This document shows positions 50,173-62,525 of a DNA stretch of 62,525 nucleotides, one piece after another. The notes under the pieces were generated by a model. It was not told where the DNA came from and searched no databases. It saw only the letters and a list, made by a program, of their open reading frames with translations. The DNA comes from Acidobacteriota bacterium (GTDB lineage Bacteria > Acidobacteriota > Polarisedimenticolia > Gp22-AA2). The position numbers and the translations under genes are program-made. The stretch is from positions 1 through 62,525 of the forward strand of contig JAGYID010000029.1 of the NCBI GenBank assembly GCA_018606725.1, read 5' to 3'. Position 1 is the first letter of the stretch; each line of letters opens with the position of its first letter.

Positions 50173-51729
50173 ATGCCACGCATGCCCGGGACCGAGACCC
50201 GCCTTCCGGAAGGGCAGCGGGGCGGCGGCGCGATCCTTCCGGCGCTCTGCCTGCTGGCCGCCCTGCGCGTCGCCTTCATGAGCGCCGCCTTCCCGTTCTT
50301 CAACAACGTGGACGAGGAGGCGCATTTCGACCTGGTCTGCAAGTACTCCCATGGTCACGTCCCGCGCGGGCTCGAGCCGTACGGCGAGGAGGCGGCGCGG
50401 CTCATCGTCCGTTTCGCGACCCTCGAATACGGGCGCAGCCCGGAGGAGTTCCCGGGGGGGAGCGTGCCGCCGCCCCCCTGGCTCGGGTTCGAGCGTCCCA
50501 CCGCCGAGGTGGAGGCGGCGCGCGCCTCCTGGCAGAGCCAGGGGAACCACGAGGCGACCCAGCCACCCGCCTACTACGCCGTCGCCGGGCTCTGGTACCG
50601 CCTTGGGAAGGGGATCGGACTCCAGGGTGGGCGGCTCCTGTACTGGATCCGCATCCTGAACGTGCCGATCTACGCCGCGGTCGTCTGGATCGCGGGGAGG
50701 ATCGCGGCGCGCGCCTGGCCCAGGTCGCCGACCGTGAAGTATGGAGCGCCGTTCCTGCTCGCGTTCCTGCCCCAGGACGTCTTCTACACCATCAACAGCG
50801 ACGTCCTGTCCCCCCTCATGACGGGGCTGGCGCTCCTGGGGCTCCTGGCGATCCGCCGGGACGGTGGGCGCTCGCTCCCGCTCTGCGGCGTGACCGGTCT
50901 CGCCGCCGCAGCCGCATGCCTGACCAAGGTCACGAACGCCGCCGTGCTGCCGCTCGTGGCGTACGTCGGCATGACGGGGCTGCTGCGGGCCGGGTCGCCG
51001 GAGGAGCGCCGGCGTCGCCTCCCCGGGGCTGCCCTCCTGGCGGGGGCCGCCGCCGGCCCGGTGCTGGCCTGGGTGGTGCGCAACGCCGTGGCGATCGGAG
51101 ATCCGACCGGATCGGCCGCCAAGATCGCGTCGCTCGGCTGGGCGACCAAGCCGCTCGGGGCGATCCTCGACCATCCGTTGCTCACGCCGGCCGGGCTGTG
51201 GCTCTTCTGGCGGGAGCTCATGGCCTTGTTCTGGCGCGGGGAGCTCGTCTGGCACATGCAACCCCTCGGAATCGGGTGGGTCGACCTCGTGTACGCCGTC
51301 ACGTCGCTCGTCCTGCTCGCCGCGGCCATCGCCGGTCTGATGTGGGATCGGAGGCGGCGTGCCGAGCCGCCCGACCCCGGCCGGCCCGCCGAGGCGACCG
51401 GCCTGCCCGGTGCGACCGAGCCGTTCTGCCTCGCGCTCGTCGCCGGCGCGATCGCCTCGTTGATGGTCCTGTCGCTCCTGTTCGATTTCGGGGATTCCTG
51501 GTATCCGTCGCGCGATCACCCCTACTTCGTGTCGGGGCGATTGATCGCCGGGGCGCTCATCCCGTTTGCCATCCTGTACGCGCGCGGCCTGGAGCGGATC
51601 CTGCCGCCGGGCGCGCGCCGCCGCGGGGGGCTGGCGGTTCTCGTGGCGCTCGGGATGGTGTCCGTCGCGTCGGAGGCGTGGCTGGCGCGCGGTCCGGTGG
51701 CCAGCCTGTACAACTGGTTTCACATGTGA
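50173..51729 (+). CDS. Polytopic membrane protein, GT-C glycosyltransferase-like (DUF2142-like)
   Basis: DEEAH in the first loop, EATQPPAYY, and about 11 TM helices. Confidence 0.7.
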   Translation: MPRMPGTETRLPEGQRGGGAILPALCLLAALRVAFMSAAFPFFNNVDEEAHFDLVCKYSHGHVPRGLEPYGEEAARLIVRFATLEYGRSPEEFPGGSVPPPPWLGFERPTAEVEAARASWQSQGNHEATQPPAYYAVAGLWYRLGKGIGLQGGRLLYWIRILNVPIYAAVVWIAGRIAARAWPRSPTVKYGAPFLLAFLPQDVFYTINSDVLSPLMTGLALLGLLAIRRDGGRSLPLCGVTGLAAAAACLTKVTNAAVLPLVAYVGMTGLLRAGSPEERRRRLPGAALLAGAAAGPVLAWVVRNAVAIGDPTGSAAKIASLGWATKPLGAILDHPLLTPAGLWLFWRELMALFWRGELVWHMQPLGIGWVDLVYAVTSLVLLAAAIAGLMWDRRRRAEPPDPGRPAEATGLPGATEPFCLALVAGAIASLMVLSLLFDFGDSWYPSRDHPYFVSGRLIAGALIPFAILYARGLERILPPGARRRGGLAVLVALGMVSVASEAWLARGPVASLYNWFHM

Positions 51730-51781
51730 CCATGCCCGGCGGAGGCGCGGTCGTTTCCCGCGCTGCTATACTGCCGGCCGC

Positions 51782-53089
51782 ATGCGAAGCAGTTCCCGCC
51801 GCCCCTTCTATCTCAACCTCTGGTACACGGGGGAGGCTGCGGCGCGCCGGGCCACCGCCGCCAACACCGTCGTCGGCAGCCACGGGATGAGCCTCACCTT
51901 CGGGAACGGGGCCACCGTCGAGGACTGGTTCGGGCAGTACTTCGTGAACAACATCGGCGCCGGGCGCGTCGATGTCGCGCGGGCCCTGGCGGACCAGGCG
52001 CGGCGGCTGTCGTGGGTCTCCCCTTCCAGCTTCGCCGAGGTGCGCCTGGAGCTCACGCGCGATCTCCTGAGCGTGTTGCCGCGACGTCTCACGACGCCGC
52101 AGTTCGGCGTCGGGGGGTCGGACGCCATCGAGAACGCCATGCGGGCCGCGCGGCGGGTGACCGGTCGGACCCGCGTCCTGACATTCTCGCCGTGCTACCA
52201 CGGCGACACGATCACCATCGAGAACCTCTGCGGGTTGCCGCTGACGCCCTACGGCGACCGGCGGCCATGGGCCGTCAAGACCTCCTCGCCCTACGAGCTG
52301 TGGGAGGCTGCCGGGAGGGACTGGGCGCGTGCCAACGACCTGGCGCTCGAGCGGGCGGAGCGGACGATGGCGCGTCATGGGGCGAAGACGTTCGCCGCCG
52401 TGGTCGTCGAGCCGGTCATGTGGATGTCGGGGGCGGTGCCCCTGTCGCCCGCGCTGTCGCGCGGGCTGCGCGCGCTCTGCGATCGTCACGGCATCAAGCT
52501 GATCGCCGACGAGGTGGTCACCGGCTTCGGGAGGACGGGCCGCTGGTTCGGCTCACAGACAGTCGGGCTCGTTCCCGACGCCATCGTCTGCGCCAAGGGG
52601 ATGACCGGCGGGTATGCGCCGCTCGGAGCGGTGGTGTTCGAGCGTTCGTGGGGAGAGTGGCTGCGGCGCAAGGGGTTCAACCACGGCCTGACCTTCGGCG
52701 GCCACCCTCTCGGCTGCGCGGCGGCGCGCGCCACGATCCGCATCCTGAAGGCGGAGCGCCTGGTGGAGCGCGCCGCGGCGATGGGCCGGCGGCTGCGTGA
52801 CGGCCTGGAGGCGCTGCGCGCTGCGCACCCCGACCGGGTCGCGGACGTGCGCGGCAGCGGTCTTCTCCTCGCCCTGCAGATCGAGCCGGGCCGCGCCCGC
52901 CGTTCGCGCCCCCACGTGACCGCCGCGGAGCGCGTCACGGCGCTCTCCGCCGCCGCGCGCCAGGCGGGCCTCCTGCTCACGACCACCGGCGACGGCTCGG
53001 GGCTCCTGTTCGCCCCGGCGTTCATCGTCACGCCGCGTCAGATCGACAGGCTCTTCGGGGTGCTCGACCGCGGGCTCGCCGCGATCTGA
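51782..53089 (+). CDS. Class III PLP-dependent aminotransferase
   Basis: GSDAIENA, YHG, VEPV, ADEVVTGFGRTG, AKG (PLP Lys) and HGLTFGGHP. Extended -10 TG-C-TATACT ends 9 nt before the ATG. Confidence 0.9.
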   Translation: MRSSSRRPFYLNLWYTGEAAARRATAANTVVGSHGMSLTFGNGATVEDWFGQYFVNNIGAGRVDVARALADQARRLSWVSPSSFAEVRLELTRDLLSVLPRRLTTPQFGVGGSDAIENAMRAARRVTGRTRVLTFSPCYHGDTITIENLCGLPLTPYGDRRPWAVKTSSPYELWEAAGRDWARANDLALERAERTMARHGAKTFAAVVVEPVMWMSGAVPLSPALSRGLRALCDRHGIKLIADEVVTGFGRTGRWFGSQTVGLVPDAIVCAKGMTGGYAPLGAVVFERSWGEWLRRKGFNHGLTFGGHPLGCAAARATIRILKAERLVERAAAMGRRLRDGLEALRAAHPDRVADVRGSGLLLALQIEPGRARRSRPHVTAAERVTALSAAARQAGLLLTTTGDGSGLLFAPAFIVTPRQIDRLFGVLDRGLAAI

Positions 53090-53125
53090 CATGCGCTGCC
53101 GGGGACGGTTCTCGATCGAGGGGCG

Positions 53126-54709
53126 TTACTTCTCCTCGTCCCCCTGCACGCGCAGAGTCACGTAGCGCGAGATTGGGTCGGCTCCGGTGCGGGTCGAGGG
53201 ACTGAGGATGTAGAACACCACCAGGCCGCCGGTCTTGACCTTGCGGATCTCGCGGCGGTAATCGGCGACGTTGCCGATCGGGGTGCGGTTCACCTCCAGG
53301 ATGATGTCGCCCTCGCTGATCTGCTTCTCGTAGGCCTCGGAGACCTTCGAAACTTCGGTGACGACCACGCCTTTGGTGTCGTTGGGCAGATCCAGCTGGC
53401 GCATCACCTGGGGGCTGAGGTCCTGGACGGTGAGGCCGAGGCGCCTCTCATTCGGCTCCTCCTGCTCCTCGCCGCCCTCCTCCCCGCCTTTGCCGGCACC
53501 GGCCTGACCGATGAAGTCGGCCCGATCGGCCAGCTTGGCGTTCAGCGTCGTCTCCTTGCCGCCCCGCAGAACGGTGAGCTTGACGGTCGCGCCCGGCGCC
53601 TTGGCGGAGATGATCCTCACCACTTCGCTGGTGCTGCCCACCGGCTTGCCGTCGACACCGACGATGACGTCGCCGCGCTTGATGCCGGCCTGTTCGGCCG
53701 GCAGCCCGGGCTTGACCGCCTGCACCAGCGCCCCCTTGTCGTTCGGCAGGTTCCAGGCCTCGACGACGTCCGGGGTGACCTCGCCCAGCTCGATGCCCAG
53801 GTAACCGCGCGCCACGCGGCCCTTCGACTTGAGCTGGTCCATGATCTCCTTGGCGACGTTGACCGGCACGGCGAAGCCGATCCCCTGCCCGACGCTGCTG
53901 ATGGCGGTGTTGACCCCGACGACCTCGCCGGCGAGATTGACCAGCGGCCCGCCGGAATTCCCGAAGTTGATGGCGGCGTCGGTCTGGATGAAGTTGTCCA
54001 GGGAGAAATCGCGCGACAGGTCGCGCAGCACGCGCCCCTTGGCGCTGACCACTCCCACCGTCACGGTGTGGTCGTAGTTGAGCGGGTTGCCGACCGCCAG
54101 CACCCAGTCGCCGACCCGCATGGCGTCCGAGTCGCCGAGCGCCAGCACCGGCAGACGGTTGTCCGCCTTGATCTTGATCAGCGCCAGGTCGGTGCCGGGG
54201 TCGGAGCCGATGATGTCCGCCTGGTAGTCGCGCCGGTCACCGGTCAGGCGGACGCGGATCTTGGTGGCGTCCTCGACGACGTGATAGTTGGTGAGGATGT
54301 AGCCGTCGTCGCTGATCAGGAAGCCGGAGCCGCCGCTCTGCTCGAAGCGCGGCTCTTCGGGCTGTTGCTGGGGCGAGCGGCGATCGGGGCCGAAGAAGAA
54401 CTCGAAGGGGTCGCCGTGATACGGGCGGCCGCCGCGTCCGGATTTCGGCTTGACGGTCTCGGTCGAGGTGATGCTGACGACCGCCGGATTGACCCGCTCG
54501 GCGATGTCGGCAAAGGTCGCCGGCACGGTCGCGACCGGGCCGGACGCCGCCGCCATCTGCGCCTTGGCCGCCGCGTGCAGCGGCCGGTCATCGAGGTTGT
54601 CGGCCCGTCCGGGAACGGTGAAATTCAAGCCGCCGGCGAGCACCAGTCCGAAGATGACGGACGCCGCGGCGATCAGCGCCACCGTCACCGGTTTCGTGGT
54701 CTTCTGCAT
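53126..54709 (-). CDS. HtrA/DegP-DegQ serine protease with two PDZ domains
   Basis: GSGF, TNYHVV, DLALIK and TDAAINFGNSGGPL. N-terminal TM/signal. Start ATG 54709 after AAGGAG. Confidence 0.95.
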   Translation of the reverse strand: MQKTTKPVTVALIAAASVIFGLVLAGGLNFTVPGRADNLDDRPLHAAAKAQMAAASGPVATVPATFADIAERVNPAVVSITSTETVKPKSGRGGRPYHGDPFEFFFGPDRRSPQQQPEEPRFEQSGGSGFLISDDGYILTNYHVVEDATKIRVRLTGDRRDYQADIIGSDPGTDLALIKIKADNRLPVLALGDSDAMRVGDWVLAVGNPLNYDHTVTVGVVSAKGRVLRDLSRDFSLDNFIQTDAAINFGNSGGPLVNLAGEVVGVNTAISSVGQGIGFAVPVNVAKEIMDQLKSKGRVARGYLGIELGEVTPDVVEAWNLPNDKGALVQAVKPGLPAEQAGIKRGDVIVGVDGKPVGSTSEVVRIISAKAPGATVKLTVLRGGKETTLNAKLADRADFIGQAGAGKGGEEGGEEQEEPNERRLGLTVQDLSPQVMRQLDLPNDTKGVVVTEVSKVSEAYEKQISEGDIILEVNRTPIGNVADYRREIRKVKTGGLVVFYILSPSTRTGADPISRYVTLRVQGDEEK

Positions 54710-54801
54710 GGTCAATCCCGACTCCTTGAGGTCCAGCGTGGACTCTCGTTCGTGGGCCACCTGTACGAAGAACGGCAGTATAGGACCGCCCTCCCCGGCC
54801 G

Positions 54802-55239
54802 TCAAGAAACGCCCCGGTCGCGCAGCTCATCGCGCGCCGGGTTCGCCGCCGCCGGTTCATCCTGCAGCGCCGCCCGGATGCTGGAGAGCAGGCGGGCCGC
54901 GTCGACCGGTTTCTCGATGACCTCGGTCACGCCCAGGCGGCCGGCCCGGCGTCGCAGCTCGTCGCTGATCAGGGCGCTGATCAGCAGCACCGCCGGACCG
55001 GAAGCGCGAGGGACCGCCGTCTCCGCACGGCGCACGCATGCCAGCAGGTCGAGCCCGGCCATGCGGGGCATCATCTGATCGAGGATGAGGAGGTCGATTC
55101 CCGCGAGGGGGGCCGGATCGCTGAGCAGGCGCTCCGGCTCGTCGGAAAGCACCACCCGGTGTCCGAGCCGCTTCAGGAGGCGTCCGTAGGCCTCGAGGGA
55201 AGCGCGGTCGTCGTCGACGACGAGGATGGTTCGCACCAT
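54802..55239 (-). CDS. Single-domain response regulator
   Basis: ILVVDDD, LDQMMP, ISA and EKP. Confidence 0.88.
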   Translation of the reverse strand: MVRTILVVDDDRASLEAYGRLLKRLGHRVVLSDEPERLLSDPAPLAGIDLLILDQMMPRMAGLDLLACVRRAETAVPRASGPAVLLISALISDELRRRAGRLGVTEVIEKPVDAARLLSSIRAALQDEPAAANPARDELRDRGVS

Positions 55240-55254
55240 GACCCGGAGTGAGAC

Positions 55255-55428
55255 AGCAAGCGGTGTGCCACGGTCGGGAGCGGCGCGGGGCCTGCCCGTC
55301 GACCGGCTGCAAACCGCTCGTCCCTTGCGGCTTGCGGGACACGCCGGCTTTCCTCGTCGAAGTTTGACGGGCGTCGCGACGGGGATGGCGTGCTCCGTCG
55401 CGGACCGTCTGGCACGCCATTTTGGCGT
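55255..55428 (-). promoter_or_regulatory. Sigma54 promoter with a palindromic upstream activator site
   Basis: Consensus TGGCAC-ACCGC-TTGCT (55270-55255). Palindrome ACGCCA-TTT-TGGCGT at 55414-55428. Confidence 0.75.
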
Positions 55429-55431
55429 CGA

Positions 55432-60478
<5,047 letters not shown>

Positions 60479-60533
60479 TCACCGGGTTCGCGCAGATGGG
60501 ACGCGGTGTGCTCGTGCCGACCGCAGAGGATCC

Positions 60534-62324
60534 GTGACGCAGCGCCGCAACTTCGCCGCAGCCCTTCCGGCAGCGATAAGTCTCGCCGCAACCCTCATGT
60601 TCTCCTCCCCCGTCGCGGCGGAGGAGCGCAAGGGCTCGTGGGAGCTCGGCCTGTTCACCGGCGTCACGGCCTACGCCGACGAGTTTCAGCTCACCAACGA
60701 ACTGGACTACGGAGTCCGGTTCGGCTACAACTTCCAGCCGTCCTTCGAAATCGAGTTCCAGGCGGTCGGGACCGGGTGGGCTTCGATGCGCGAGCCCGAC
60801 TCCACCCTGCTGACGGGGCTGGTCCCGTACCTCGCCGATACGGATCGCCAGTTCCGGTCCCTGGCCTACACCGGCCGTTTCCTGATCAACCCGCGCAACG
60901 AGCGGCGGCGCCTCAAACCGTACGTCGCCTTCGGCGCCGGGGTGATCGATTTCACCCCCAGCCCGGAGCTCGACGAGGCCGACGAGGGGGGCGGGATCCA
61001 CGCCAAGCTCGTCACCGTGGGCGGGGGCCTGCGGATGCGATTCACGCCCCACATGTCGGGCCGGGCCGAGCTGGAAGTGCAGTACGCGCCGACCGACATC
61101 TACAGCAACACGCTCATCAACGTCGGGCTCACCTGGGTCCTGGGCGGCGGCAGCCCGAAGGATACCGATGGCGACGGCGTCCTCGACCTGCACGACCAGT
61201 GTCCGGACACGCCGGCGGGCGCGCTGGTCGACCGCCACAACGGCTGTCCGTGGGACACCGACCTCGACGGCATCATGGAAGGGATCGACAAGTGCGGCGA
61301 TACGCCGAAAGGCTGGCCGGTGGACGCGGCCGGCTGCCCGCTCGACACCGACGTGGACGGCGTCCCGGACGGCGCCGACAAGTGCGCCGACACCCCGAAG
61401 GGCGCGATTGTCGATGAGGCCGGCTGCCCGCTCGACGCGGACGGCGACAGCGTCCCGGACGGCATCGATAGGTGCCCGGACACGCCCAAGGATCTGAAGA
61501 CCGGAAAGAGCGCCGTCGTCGACGGTCTGGACGGCGCCAATCCCGGTTGCCCGCACGACAACGACAAGGACGGCATCCCGGACGGCATCGACGAGTGCCC
61601 CCTGACGGCCCCGGGCGCCACCGTCGACCCGCTCGAAGGGGAGCACCCGGGCTGCCCGCGCGACAGCGATGGCGACAAAGTGTGGGATGGTCTCGACCAG
61701 TGCCCGGACACCCCGAAGGGCCAGAAGCTCGACAAGGAAGGCTGCCCGCGCGTCCGCCTCGACAAGGCCGAGCCGCAGGTGTTGCAGAACGTGAAGTTCC
61801 TGCAGGGGACCGAGCTGTACCCGGGGACCGACGCCTGGCTCGAGCTGGCCGTCGATGCGTTGAACTACTGGTCCGATCTGAGCATCGAGATCGGCGTCTA
61901 CACCGACAAGAGCGGCTCGCCGTCGTCCAATAAGCTGGTTGCTCAGCGTCGCGCCGAGGCGATCAAGGCGTGGCTGGTGAATCACGGCATCGACGCGAAG
62001 CGCCTGACGGCCAAGGGCTACGGGGCCGTCAACTTCATCGCCGATAACGACACCGAGGAGGGGAAGGACAAGAACCGCCGCGTCGAGCTCAGGCGGCTGT
62101 CCGGCGATCCGCGCCGGCATCCAAGGCCGATCCCCGAGGCGCCCGTCCCCGCGGAGCCGGAGCACGAGGCCACCCCGGCCGCTCCCGCTCCCGCGGCGCC
62201 GGCAGCGGCCCCGACCGCACCCACCACGCCGCCGGCCGCCGAGCCTGGAGCGGCTCCCACCGCGCCCGCCCCGGCCGCAACCCCCGAACCGTCCCCAACC
62301 CCCACCGCCCCCGCTGGAAACTAG
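60534..62324 (+). CDS. OmpA-family outer-membrane protein: beta-barrel, six thrombospondin type-3-like repeats, OmpA_C and a Pro/Ala tail
   Basis: Signal peptide, PYVAFGAG barrel strand, six DxDxDGxxDxxDxC units, and YTD...N...RRA...GYG...NRRVE. Confidence 0.9.
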   Translation: MTQRRNFAAALPAAISLAATLMFSSPVAAEERKGSWELGLFTGVTAYADEFQLTNELDYGVRFGYNFQPSFEIEFQAVGTGWASMREPDSTLLTGLVPYLADTDRQFRSLAYTGRFLINPRNERRRLKPYVAFGAGVIDFTPSPELDEADEGGGIHAKLVTVGGGLRMRFTPHMSGRAELEVQYAPTDIYSNTLINVGLTWVLGGGSPKDTDGDGVLDLHDQCPDTPAGALVDRHNGCPWDTDLDGIMEGIDKCGDTPKGWPVDAAGCPLDTDVDGVPDGADKCADTPKGAIVDEAGCPLDADGDSVPDGIDRCPDTPKDLKTGKSAVVDGLDGANPGCPHDNDKDGIPDGIDECPLTAPGATVDPLEGEHPGCPRDSDGDKVWDGLDQCPDTPKGQKLDKEGCPRVRLDKAEPQVLQNVKFLQGTELYPGTDAWLELAVDALNYWSDLSIEIGVYTDKSGSPSSNKLVAQRRAEAIKAWLVNHGIDAKRLTAKGYGAVNFIADNDTEEGKDKNRRVELRRLSGDPRRHPRPIPEAPVPAEPEHEATPAAPAPAAPAAAPTAPTTPPAAEPGAAPTAPAPAATPEPSPTPTAPAGN

Positions 62325-62525
62325 CCACCCCTCCTGACGCCCGACTGCTCAAGCGCGACCTCCGCGCCTTCGCCCATCGACTCGCGGGGATCACGTCCCC
62401 ATAGATCCGCGAAGCCGGTGGGCGGCCCGGAGTGGGATTGGCGGGGACGCGGTCGCCGCGCCCGGATCGGCTGGAGAACGCCGACAGGCGCGGCGCCGCT
62501 CGTCGCTCCCGCGCCCGGCCGCCGA

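Noticed and set aside
61160-61750. Periodic DNA repeats resembling an array
   Set aside because: They are coding thrombospondin type-3-like repeats. They are degenerate at the DNA level and show no CRISPR repeat-spacer structure.
62325-62525. Possible gene end or regulatory element at the right edge
   Set aside because: Too short and truncated to support a call.

Overview
A very GC-rich bacterial chromosomal segment of about 45 densely packed genes. The gene repertoire resembles Acidobacteriota (Acidobacterial-type VWA protein, GFGQ-type M1 peptidase, TPR kinase, peptidase-PD40-Omp85 protein), but that placement is inference. Housekeeping genes: hup, ttcA, typA, sat, aroA, ftsEX, gatB, fadI/fadJ plus an acyl-CoA dehydrogenase, a degP-like protease and ligA. 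Signalling genes: three sigma54 activators, two sensor kinases, a Hanks kinase and an FHA-GAF-PP2C phosphatase. Many envelope proteins are also present. I saw no rRNA, tRNA, CRISPR array, prophage or transposase. The strongest novel signal is a probable cysteine-sensing ribosome-mediated transcription attenuator upstream of a divergent sulfate adenylyltransferase. It comprises a near-consensus sigma70 promoter, a 30-aa leader peptide ending CCCPICP (all four Cys codons are UGU) and mutually exclusive 1:2, 2:3 and 3:4 hairpins ending in an intrinsic terminator. Other leads: a candidate structured sRNA next to ttcA, a multibranched leader RNA upstream of bactofilin, repeated CTG starts overlapping upstream stop codons, an in-frame deletion through the GatB catalytic domain, ligA wedged between a sensor kinase and its response regulator, and three sigma54 promoters with upstream palindromes. 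All calls are by eye from the sequence; no searches were run.
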